A stretch of 64,000 nucleotides of DNA. Source: Protoeuglena noctilucae. Taxonomy: Eukaryota. Shown one piece after another: positions 43,239 to 54,658 of this stretch; position 1 is the first letter of the stretch; every line of letters begins with the position of its first letter. Made by a program: the position numbers and the translations under genes. The stretch lies in contig OY253668.1 in the NCBI GenBank assembly GCA_958009085.1, forward strand, positions 1,178,001 to 1,242,000, read 5' to 3'. The notes below the pieces were generated by a model, which saw only the letters and a list, made by a program, of their open reading frames with translations, was not told where the DNA came from and made no database searches.

Positions 43239-43484
43239 CTTAGAATCCTTAGCAGCCATCTGCGCTGGCGGTGTCAGCGATGTGTTTTGCGTGACAGTCG
43301 TGACCGGGATCGACATATGCGTGCGCACAATGCGCTTGTGTGTCAAAAAGACTTCCAATCACTCACCGCCGCCACTTGGAGCCGGCATCGCCGTGAACCT
43401 GGTCATGGTTCCTTAGAAACGGCAGCTGATCAACGGAGAGGCTCGAAGTGGAGGCGGAGCCGGCGAAGAGCAAGAGATAGCACG

Positions 43485-45757
43485 ATGCTGAAGAACGCGG
43501 CGACGGCGGTGCGGGCGGCCTCCTCGCTCGCGGCGCGGGCGACGGGGGAGTGCGCCTCCTCCTCGAGGGGCCCCGCGGAAGGTGATACGCGCGCCGGAGC
43601 TGCTGCGACAAGTGCGAATGTACGCTTTGGCCTTCGAAGTTGCTTCGAGACCTGTTGCTGCGACGTTGCGCGCTGTGCCGACCGGCCGCGACCCGTACGG
43701 GGTCCGCGCTGATACATAAGGAATTCTGCGTCCCAATTGCGTCTTCACGCCTATTCCGATCACTCAGCCAATCGTGTGTTACGAGATCATATCATGCGCC
43801 CCTTTTTGCGCCACGCAGGGGTCTGGGCGCGGGCCGGGGGCTTCATGCGTGCGCTGTCCGGGCAGGTGGAGGTCGAGGAGGAGCGGGGCCAGCCGATGCT
43901 GCTGGACGACATCAGCATGAAGGGCATTCGTCTGCACGGCGCCCCGCTGTACCTGGACATGCAATCGACCACGCCGCTGGACCCCCGGGTCCTCGACCGG
44001 ATGATGCCGTGGATGCTCGACAACTTCGGCAACCCGCACTCTCGGACGCACTTGTACGGATGGGAGGCCGAGGACGCCGTCGAGAAGGCTCGGGCGCAGG
44101 TGCGGCGGGGCCTGGCGCGCGCGCGGCGGAGCGGGAGGGAAGGCCGGGTGATGACGCACGTGCGGCCTCTCTCGCGCGCAGATCGCGGCGCTGGTGAACT
44201 CCAACCCCAAGGAGATTGTCTTCACCTCTGGCGCGACCGAGTCGAACAACGCCGCGCTCAAGGGCGTCGCTTCGTTCTACGGGGAGAAGAAGCGACACAT
44301 CATCACCGTGCAGACGGAGCACAAGGCGAGGAGGGGCCGGCCGGTCCGCCCGCGGCGGTCGCGATCGACGCATCGTGACAGTATCTTTGCTCCCGCCCCG
44401 CAGTGCGTCCTGGACTCTTGCCGCAACTTGCAGCAGAAGGGCTTCGACGTCACGTACCTCCCCGTCCGTCGGGACGGCCTGGTGGACCTCGAGACGCTGC
44501 GCGCGGCGATTCGCCCGGACACGCTGATGGTCTCGGTCATGATGGTCAACAACGAGATCGGGGTCATCCAGCCCATGAAGGAGATCGGGGCCCTGTGCCG
44601 CGAGCGCAAGGTCTTCTTCCACACCGGTGCGCTTGCATACGCGAAAACGTGCTGTCGATATTGTTCTGCATGACATGTCAAGTGGATGCTCGCGGTGGTT
44701 TTGTGGACGCTCGGCGGTCGGGCACACTGACCCGCCGCGTCGCCTTTGCTCTTGCAGACGCCGCACAGGCGCTGGGCAAGGTGCCAATCGACGTGGAGGC
44801 GATGAACATCGACTTGATGTCGCTGTCTTCGCACAAGATCTACGGGCCCAAGGGCATCGGGGCGCTGTACGTGCGGCGGCGGCCCCGTGTGCGCCTGGAG
44901 GCGATCATCAGCGGGGGCGGCCAGGAGCGAGGGATGCGGTCGGGGACGCTCCCGACGCCCCTGTGCGTGGGGTTCGGCGAGGCGTGCGAGGTGGCGATGC
45001 GGGAGATGGACGCGGACCACGAGCACGTCCTGCGCCTCCAGCAGCGTCTGTATGACGGCGTGTCCATGACCGTGCAGGGCGTCCACATCAACGGGCCGAA
45101 GCCGGGGCCTGACAGGTGCGACTGGTCACGCGACAGAGCAAGGCCTCGCCCTGCGCAGTCACGCACGAGCCTGTCCGTCTCTTTCTTTTGAGTGCTTTGT
45201 GCCAGGCCCCGATCGCGACTTGAGCAAACATGCCTGACCTGGGGCGACGGTCCCAGCCCGCATCGTCGCGATCCGCGCAGGTACGTGGGGAACCTTAACC
45301 TGTCGTTCGCGTACGTCGAGGGCGAGTCCCTGCTGATGGCCCTGAAGAACCTGGCCGTGTCGTCCGGGTCGGCGTGCACCAGTGCGTCCCTCGAGCCCAG
45401 CTACGTGCTGCGTGCTCTGGGGGTCGACGAGGAGCTGGCGCACACCTCGATTCGGTGAGTGCGATTGGTGGGAGTTTTGCTGTATGCATGGGAGCATGGG
45501 GTCAGCCTAGTGTGAGCAGAGGGACACCAAGCAATGATCGGGCCCGTGCTTAGTCCGGATCCCGCTAGCGCATCTGCTAGACATCAACACGTGCTGGTCG
45601 CAGGTACGGCATTGGGCGCTTCACGACCCTCGCGGAGGTGGACTGGGCGGTGCAGCACACGGCGTCGCACGTGGGGCGCCTGAGGGAGATGTCGCCCCTG
45701 TGGGAGCTGGTGCAGGAGGGCGTGGACCTCAAGACCATCCAGTGGTCGCAGCACTGA
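43485..45757 (+). CDS. NFS1: Mitochondrial cysteine desulfurase
   Basis: [76 protein letters not shown] and C-terminal IQWSQH. The presequence is Ala/Arg-rich. Confidence 0.95.
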
Positions 45758-45968
45758 TGGCGGACAACAACATGTACGCATGGCGCGAGCTGAGACATGG
45801 CACAACGTCCATGCTCGCCGACTGAGGGTGGGCGCTTTGTTGGCGTTTTCAAGACTTGGCTGCGGACGGCTAGGTTTCACAGTTGTCCGAGAGTCTGGCT
45901 CCCAGGTTGAAAGAATCGCTTGTCAGGAGTTTTGGCTCCGTGCTCACGTTGTGTTTGCTACACCGTTG

Positions 45969-47926
45969 CTATGCCTTTGCCTGCTGGTCAATGGCCAGTA
46001 ACGACTGCTGGGCGATGCTCAGCTCCTCGTCCGTCGGGACAATCATCAGCTTCACCTTGCTGCCCTGCGCCTGGAACTCCCCGCTCTTCCCGCCCACCAG
46101 CGCCTTGTTCTGCGGATGCCAAAACACCTGGGTGCTCGCTGCGATCGGTCCCACCGACTCTCGGCTCTCACCCCAGCAGCAATCTCAGAGGCGGTGACAG
46201 GACGAGGACATACCGCAGGCAATCACGCTGGTCGCCATCACGCTGTCACGACATCGCATGCCGCCCGCCCTCGCCTTGGCAGCATCCGCCAGGATCCCCA
46301 GGCCCTGCAGGCCATCGACAATCGCCCCGCGGACCGACGCCGCGTTCTCCCCGATCCCCGCCGTAAAGACCACCGCGTCCGCCTGGCCCCCGAGCTCCAC
46401 CAGGTACGCTCCCAGGTACTTGCGGACCCTGCAGCGCCATGCGAGCCCACGCAGTCGCCATGGGGCCCAGAGAGCCAAGCACAATCACAAAGTGAGCCAA
46501 GCATGGGCACAATGTGAGCCAAGCACAAGTACCCAGTGAGCCGAGCATAAGCACAGAGTGAGCCAAACATGGGCACCGAGTGAGCCAGGCACAGGCACCG
46601 AGTGATGGTCATGCGCGTGCCGAGATCCTCGCCTGCGCACGAACAGGTCGTGTGCCAGCTGCGCCCGCGCGTCGCCCTTGGCCATGGCCTCCAGGATGCT
46701 GCGGAAGTCCTTCTGCCCGCACACGCCCAGCAGGCCGCTGCTCTTGTTCAGCAGGGAGTCCACCTCGTCCGGCGTCTTCTTCAAGTGATTCAAAAGGTAC
46801 AGAACAGCAGCAGGGTCGACGTCACCGCACCTGCGTGCCGAGCGGAGCGGGTGCATGCGGGGGTAGGCGCGCCGCTGTCGAGGTGTGCTTGGTGCAAGCG
46901 TCAGCTGCCAGGTGTTGTCCATGCACGTGCTCGTCGCCCCGCACCTGCTGGCCATGACGAGCCCCTCGAGGGGCGTGACGCCCATGGTGGTGTCGACCGA
47001 CTTGCCCCCCCGCACGCAACACATGGACGACCCCGCTCCCAGGTGACACACGATGAGGTTGACGTCCTCCGGGCGCTTGCCCAGCATCTGCGCCGTCTTG
47101 GCCGTCACGTACTTGTAGCTCGTGCCATGGAAGCCGTACCGCCGGATCTTGAGGTCCTGGAAACGACACGCGTCGAAGGAACGTGCTTTGGTTGCGCAGT
47201 ACGCATCGATACTCATCGCTCAGCTCGGACGCTGCGACCTGTGCTTCCATGCCGCGCACGCTGTTGATGTGTGACGTCTTTCCTCGAAGACGTGGTAGGG
47301 CAGCGCGTACATGAAGGCCGAGGGCGCCATGGTCATGTGGAAGGCGGTGTCAAAGACGACGACTTGGGGGCACGTGAAGACTTGCGAGGCGGCCTCGATG
47401 CCCATGAGGTTGGGAGGGTTGTGGAGAGGGGCCAGACTTGAGACCTGTCGGATGGCCTTGAGGACCTCCGGCTGCACCACCGTTGCCTCTGTGAAGAAGG
47501 GCCCGCCGTGCACCACGCGATGGCCGACCGCCTTCATCTCGTCGGCGATGCTCGAGGAGAACTTGGAGCGCAAGACCTCGATCACTTTGGTCAGCGCGAT
47601 CGTGTGGTCTGGGATGGCCTCGTCCCGCGTCGCCTTCGGGCTGTCCATGACCTGCGGGACCACGCCCTTGTGCGCATCGTCTCGGGAAGAAATCTGAAAG
47701 ACTTCGAGGTCGCAACGGCCCCCAGCGTGCTCCGCTGGCCGACAAACACCTCATAGTGCATCGATGACTCCTTGTCGCCGATCCTCTCCACGAGGCCGGA
47801 AGCGAGGACCCCCAGCGCCGAGGCTGCCGAGCCCTGGCCCTGCCCGAAGAGTTTGAACTTCAGACTGCTGCTGCCCGAGTTGATAACGAGCACCTTGGCC
47901 CCTCGGACGATCGAGGTGGCCACCAT
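45969..47926 (-). CDS. ACK: Acetate kinase, multi-exon; a possible upstream targeting exon may start at 48326
   Basis: VLVINSGSSSLKFKLF, GHRVVHGG, APLHNPPN, VFDTAFH, IRRYGFHGTSY, CHLGAGSS, DTTMGVTPLEGLVM, VFTAGIGEN and PTDEELSIA. Confidence 0.95.
46470..46604 (+). repeat. Intronic minisatellite, about six ~22-nt units (GTGAGCCAAGCA core)
   Basis: Units agagccaagcacaatcacaa / agtgagccaagcatgggcacaa / tgtgagccaagcacaagtaccc / agtgagccgagcataagcacag / agtgagccaaacatgggcaccg / agtgagccaggcacaggcaccg lie within an ACK intron. Confidence 0.85.
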
Positions 47927-48478
47927 CTCTGCTCCCCGACGCGACCAGCGCGGCGCAAGGTCGCCCGAAGGGAAACAGGCGTTGGCGTGAGCCCGGGAGC
48001 GCGACGGGGTGCCAGAGGGTCGCGATGGTGCGGGTGTTGTTCCACCGTTGTCCGCGAGGGTCTCACGGGGCCTGGTTTTTGGCGACGGGCACCGGGGCCG
48101 CTTGACACACAGTGAGACGTGTCACCGCTGGAAACCCGCGATCCGATTGCGGTTTCGCATTCCCAGGGCGAGATTGGCCGTCTGGGATTAGAAAAAGGAG
48201 ACGGGAAGCAGCGGCGAGTCCAAATCTCGTCCACACGCAGCGTTCCTTCGCTGGGCTCGATCGGCAGAGGCGGGCGAAGGAGCGCGCGACGCGCGACGAG
48301 GGTGAGCTCGCGAGCGACAACTTCATCAGTTAGATACGCAGTTGCGTTTTGGGGGCGTATGGAGCGCGCGATTGCCGATCAGCTCGACCGTTACACTTTT
48401 GCGCCGTGTCCCGGCCCGATGTCGACCCCTGCCGTCTCGCAGGGCGTGTGACATCATCAGCGATCGCAAGCGTGCACC

Positions 48479-51232
48479 ATGACCCTCCTGCGCTGTGGGT
48501 GGCGGGCCAGCAAGGCCTTGATTGGGGCGCGGGTGCTGCTCGTCGGGGCCGAGGAGGTCGTCTGCACGCCAGGCTGGTCGAGGTGACGCGGGCCTGCCGA
48601 ATCGGTCCTTGCGGTCGGCACAGCATCGGTTTGCCGAGGCGATGGTGCCGACGGGCGTCGAGCGCCCACGCGCCCGCGTGATTCCTGCCCTCTGCAGGTC
48701 GTTCGGCCCATCCCTGCGGGGCTTTAGCGCCAGTCCGCCGGTTACCGAGAAGACAGACTCCTTGTTCGTGTGCGAGTATGGCCCGGCCAAGGGGGCGTCG
48801 CCCATCCTGATCGGCATGCTGTCGTACCTGGCCCGTACGCGGGACTGCGGCTACTTTCAAGCCATCTCGAGCCGGCCCTACGCCGAGCAGTCCTTAGACG
48901 ATGGGTCGCGTCACGTGCAGTTGATGCGGAACATCTTCAAGCTCCAGGACCAGCCCAGCACGATGGTAGGGATGGGCGCGGACGAGGCCCACATGCTCTT
49001 GGGGCGGGGCAAGGGCGAGGAGGTGGTGGATGCGGTGCTGGACCGCTTCAGCCAGTACAAGAAGGGCAAGGAGTTCACCCTCGTCTACGGCGGGCGCATC
49101 CAGGACCTCGACCTCGAGTGCAAGATCGCCAACGCCATGGAAAGCCCGATGGTGCTCCTCGTCAGTGCCCCCGACATGCAGTCCAAGTCCGTGATGGAGC
49201 GGGTGCTGGTCGCCATGACGCACATCAAGTGAGCGGCGCTGATACTCAGCTGCCCTGCAAAAGGGCGCGCCCCGGTGTCCTGGGAGCGGCGACCGTCTCC
49301 GCCCTGCCCGCTGCAGGCAGCACAAGACGCCCCTGCTCGGCGTCATCGTGAGCCAGTTCGATCCGTCTCTGGAGGCCAACGCCCTGGCGGAGCTCCAGCG
49401 TCAGTTCCAGGCCCACGGCGTGCCCTACCTGGGGTGCGTGCCCCGCGACGCCGTCCTCATGTCCCAGCGCCTTGACGAGATCATCAAGTTCACCAAGTCC
49501 ACTCCGCTCACCAAGAGCTCCCTCATGCACCAGTACAACGACGCCGCCATCTCGCGCGTCGTCATGGCCACCGAAAGCGTCGACAACCTCCTGTCCATCC
49601 TGCGGTGAGGAGGGGAGGTCGGCGCAGGGCAGGGTCGCAGCCGAGAGCGGATTCACGCCTTCCGGATGACCTTTGCACGTCCCCACCAACCCCCACTCCC
49701 ACCCCGCAGAATGCCTGAGTATTACGACCCGACCAACCGAGCGGCCGCGCCACTCATCCTGACGTCGGGGGACCGGGCGGACGTGCTCCTGTCGTTACTG
49801 GCGGCGCACCAGAGCGCGGTGGGCCCCCACGTGGCCGGGATCGTGCTGGGCGGGCGCCTCAAGGTCTCTCAGCACGTTCTTGACATCTTCAACAACACCC
49901 CGAACGTGACGCTCCCCGTCGTGCACTCGTACACCCCCCTCCTCCGCGTCTCCGCCGCCATCCTCAAGAGCCCCGGCGAGATCCACGCCACGTCCACCAC
50001 CAAGATCGCCCGCTCCATTGAACTCTTCAACAGCAGCATCGACGTGGAGCTCCTTGACCAGGCCATCCAGAAGCCCCCGGAGCGCACCTACGTGCCCCCG
50101 AAGGTCTTCCAGCACCGCATCTACAGCCAGTGCCAGGCCAACCCCCAGCGCATCGTCCTCCCGGAGTCGGACGACGTCCGCATCGTCACGGCCGCCGCCC
50201 AGATCGCCGAGCGCAAGCTCGCCAGGGTCATTTTGCTGGGCAAGCACGGTGAGTCGCGGCAGGCGGGGGTTGGGCGTGGGGCCGACCCGCGCTTGCAACC
50301 GAGCGTGACAAAGACTGACGCCGAGTGTGGTAATGGTGACTTAAAAAAGCCCGCGCCTCGCTCTCTCCCCAGATGAGATTCGCGCGACGGCGGACCGCCT
50401 CAAGGTCAAGCTGGACCACCCGTTCGTGGAAGTGGTAGACCCGACGACGAGCACGGCGCTGGAGCGGTACGTGGCGGAGATGGTGGAGGCGCGCAAGCAC
50501 AAGGGCATGACGGCGGAGATGGCGCGGGACCAGCTGCAGAACGGCATGTCGTACGCGACCATGATGGTGCGGTGCGGGGACGCGGACGGCGTCGTGTCGG
50601 GCGCCGCCCACACCACCGCCGACACGGTGCGCCCGGCGCTCCAGCTCCTAGGGGGCGCGGGTGGCAGTGGCAAGGCCCTCGTGTCCTCCGTCTTCTTCAT
50701 GATGCTCCCCGACCGCGTCCTCGTCTACGGCGACTGCGCCGTCAACCCCAACCCCACCGCCGAGGAGCTGGCCGCTATCGCCCGCACCTCGGCCGCCACG
50801 GCCCAGGCGTTCGGCATCGACCCACGCGTCGCGATGCTGTCCTACTCGACGCTCGGGTCCGGCTCCGGGCCCCTGGTGGAGAAGGTGGAGAAGGCCACGG
50901 AGATCCTGCGCGCGTCGGCGCCCGACCTCGCCGTCGAGGGCCCCATCCAATACGATGCGGCCGTGGACCCCCGCGTGGCGCAGTCCAAGGTCAAGAAGGA
51001 GTCCCGGGTGGCCGGCAAGGCCAACGTGCTCGTGTTCCCCGACCTAAACACGGGCAACAACACCTACAAGGCCGTGCAGCAGTCCACGGGGGGCATCGCC
51101 ATGGGGCCCGTGCTGCAGGGCCTGGCCAAGCCCGTCAACGACCTCTCCCGGGGCTGCACGGTCGACGACGTCGTCAACACGGTGTGCATCACGGCCGTCC
51201 AGGCCATGAGCGCCGCTGGGGCGGGCAAGTAG
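48479..51232 (+). CDS. PAT: Phosphate acetyltransferase, long form (N-terminal AAA/DRTGG-like region plus catalytic domain), with probable organellar presequence
   Basis: LILTSGDRADV (DRTGG-like), RIVLPESDDVRI, SGAAHTTADTVRPALQ, VYGDCAVNPNP, EGPIQYDAA, FPDLNTGNNTYKAVQQ and NDLSRGC. The first exon MTLLRCGWRASKALIGAR.. splices in frame at 48698. Confidence 0.93.
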
Positions 51233-51561
51233 GTCAGACCCGGTCTGCTGCTCGTCGCGACTCGATGCCCGCGGCCTTCCCTTTCAATCAAACTGGGATC
51301 CCCGATAATGCCGATGCGGGCGGGCGCTTGAAATGCGCCGGAAAACGCGAGGGGGGGCGTGCAAGTGTCGAGAGATGTGCGATTAGCGTAAGGCGTTGGT
51401 GTCGTGCTCCGTCTGCGACGTGGGCAGCGACACTGGCCTTGACTCCATGCCAGACTGCAGTGGCGGAAGAGAAGGAACTTGTGAGGTGGAATGGTGCCAA
51501 GGCCATTTGTCCCACACATGACACACGCCTCGACACCCAGTGAGCCACATCACCCTTGACA

Positions 51562-54333
51562 TCACGCCGACACATGACACCGCCTTGACACACAGTCACT
51601 GAGCGAGCCGGCCGCCCTCACCTGGCCTCGGTGCTTCTGTGGGGCCTGCAGGGTCTGGAAGCGCGGCTTGCGTGCGCGCAGGACGGTGTACGTGAGCCAG
51701 TGGTTGAAGAGGGTGAGCCGGGCCAGGGCGGCGAGGGAGTCCTTGGGCGAGGCGCTGAGGCCCATGCGCTCGAGCGCCTGCTCGCCCGTGGCCACGTGGC
51801 CCTGCTGCGTGGCGTCGAACGTCAGCCCGCGCATCTCGTTGGCGCACAGGCCCTCGAAGGCCTGCTTCACGACGGACGTGCGGGGCGCCCAGCGGAGGAG
51901 CCGCGGCAGGGTCCTCTCCGATACGTAGATGGGGTTGGCGATGACGGCGATGGTCATGACGAGCGGCCCGAACACGAGCGCGGCGTCGGCCGTTGGCGCG
52001 GCCGATGAGATGGCCATCCCAATGCTACCGGCGCAAATGGACTCGGCAACTGCGATGCCCAGGAAGGTCGCAAAGCGGTCCAGGCGACGGTGAAGGCCGC
52101 AAGAGGGGTAGACCAAGGCGCCGAACAGGGCGGGGAAGAAGGCGCCGACGGGCAGCTCTGCCATGAGCTTGGCGAGGAGGTACGGGCCGACCTGGTACGC
52201 GCTCTTGGTGCGCTCGCGGGACACGATGGTGCGCTCCCGGGGGAAGATGTTGAGGGTCTGCGGGGGGAGGTGGGAACTAGGTGCGTGGCTTTCTGCAACC
52301 AAAACCGAGTCTGGTGCCATGAGAGCAAGCAGTCGCTGTCGTGATGCGAGCGTGCGGCCATGCCACGCTGTCGACTCTAACCTTGGACACCGTGGACATG
52401 GCCGTCTGGACCGCGACGACTTGCAAGAGGCCCATGCGGTTCTGCACGGCCACCTGGCTGCGGCCCAGGCCCCGGAAGATGGAGCCGAAGATGACGGCGG
52501 AGCCGATGGAGGCACCGAGGCGGGCGAAGTTCGTCGCCTTGTCCCGCAAACTGCAGGAAGCGGGAAGCGTGCGCATGGGCTGCCGGCAGGCGCAGAAGCG
52601 TACCCGGCTCGCGCTCCAGCCATCCGCTCAGAGCGGTGACAGTGATGACAGTGTCCTCAGGTCACCTCTGGCGCAGGGACCTTTGGAACAGCAGCTGCAT
52701 TTGCCGGAAGAAGCCGCTGCGAGGCGCCTCCAGACCGGGAGTGTCGACGAGCTCGTCGTGCAGGAGGGGCCGAGAGGCGCGGCCCTTGCCGTCGGGACGG
52801 CGCAAGAGGTCCACGGACTCCTCGACGAGTCGGTCCAGGCGAGCACGCGTGGCTGTCTCGGCCTCCTTGGTCGCATAGTCGACGGACACGAGGTCAATTA
52901 GATAGTCACCCGGGTTGTAGTTGGCGGGGCAGGGGAACCCGAGGCTCGCGAAGTGCGACGCAGCCTCGCTGGCGGGCCCGGCGTACAGGCACTGCCCCTC
53001 CGAGAGGAGCACGAGGTCGTCGAAGGAGGCGAAGATGCTTGAGCGGGGCTGGTGGACGGAGCAGACCACTGCAGACGAGACGCGGCAGGAGGGTGGCATG
53101 CGGGGGACGGTGGCATGCAGTGGTAGAGTGGCATGTGGCAGTAGGGTGTTGTGGGTGCAGAAGCACAGCGGAGCATGGGGCAACCTCACCTGTGTGTCCC
53201 TGGCTGGCCAGGCCCTTCAGCGTGGCCATCACGCGCTCGGCTTGGAAGGCGTCGAGGCCGGAGGTCGGCTCGTCAAGAAACAGCACCGAGGGTGACCCGA
53301 TGAGTTCGCATGCGATGGACAGCCGCTTCTTCTCTCCGCCCGACAGGCCACGTGTCTTGGCGTCCCCCACCACCGTGTCCCTGCACTTCCCGAGCCTGCG
53401 TGGTCGCCGGGTGGCGTGGACATCTAATGTCGTCTGTCCAGCGCTCGACAACAACGGCAGCCATGGCGAGTACTTGCTTTGTGCATCATCACATCGCATG
53501 GCTTCACGTGCACCAGCTACTCCCCGCTTGCGCTCTAACCAACACACCGCCCCGCTCACCCGAGGCGCGTGATGATGCTGTCCACGTACTGGGCCGCCCT
53601 GTCCCTGGGGTTGGAGGACGGGAGGCGCAGCTGCGCCGCGGTCATCAGCGTCTCGTGGACGGTGAGCTGCGAGAAGAAGAGGTCCTCCTGCTGCACGTAG
53701 CCGATGCAAACGTGCGACCGGCCCTGGGGCGTGCCGTTCAGCTCCACCTCCCCCTCCAGGCGCATGCCCTTCGTTTGCGGGACCTGCCCTGCCAGAGCGT
53801 TCAACAGGGTCGTCTTGCCCGACCCGCTGGGACCCATGATGGCGAGCAGACGGCCCGGGTGAGCAGCGCCGGACAGGCCCCTGCGGATCAGCACGCACGC
53901 GCTTACGTCACGGCGACAAGTGCACGTCACGGCGATGCGTGCTTGCCCTCGGGGACGCCGCATTGCTCTGCCAGTCCTCAGGTGTCACCTGAGGATCTTC
54001 TTCACTCCCTTCTTCGTCCGTAGCTCGCATCGCAGCTCTCGCCACTCGATATCGATGGGATGCACGGGCGCGTCCAAAACATGGCTCTCATCATCCTCGC
54101 CCGCCGCCCTCCGAGCTCGCCGAACCCGCATCGCCTGCCTCACGCCTCCAATGACGTTGACGAGGCATGACGCGGCGAGGAGCGGGATCTGGGGCGGCGA
54201 GATGGAGTGGATGATGGCGGCGGGGCACGCCGCGCATATCCGGGGCCAAATCTCCAGCTCTGAGGCTGTTGCTTGCCTGGTTTTGCGGAAACGCCAGCGA
54301 GGCGCATCCAATCAGCGCGGCAACGGGCGCCAT
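51562..54333 (-). CDS. ABCG half-transporter (ABCG7/WBC7-like); 3' end uncertain
   Basis: Walker [24 protein letters not shown], signature LSGGEKKRL, Walker [12 protein letters not shown] and H-loop SVHQPR, followed by a C-terminal ABC2 TM domain ([20 protein letters not shown]). Confidence 0.9.
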
Positions 54334-54658
54334 CGGATCTCCGCGCTTCGTCTGCGCGTCCTCGGGGTCTCCGGCGATGGTTCTTATCGTTGACGCGTTC
54401 TCCAGCTAACCCCCTCCAACGCCGCGCTGAAGGATACGCCGACAGAGGCATGCGCATCACTCAGCGTCTGATTCTTGTTTCCCTGACTACACCGCAAGAG
54501 AACTGACAGCACGATCGACTGCGACAGCGAAGCGTGGGCAGCCGCACCCTCATTGCCAAAGGAAGCCTTCAGGTCATGCATACTTCACAGCAGGGCAGCG
54601 CAGACGAGTAGAAGCGCGCACTGGCTGGTTGCTCGCTGCTCGCTCCATCCAAGTTGGC

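Noticed and set aside
46470..46604. CRISPR-like appearance of the GTGAGCCAAGCA repeats
   Set aside because: Units are ~22 nt, the intervening parts are similar to each other and only ~10 nt, the array is inside a spliceosomal intron, and there are no cas genes. It is a minisatellite.
43485..51232. NFS1 + ACK + PAT as an anaerobic-metabolism cluster
   Set aside because: NFS1 is a universal housekeeping gene, and adjacency alone is not evidence of a functional link.
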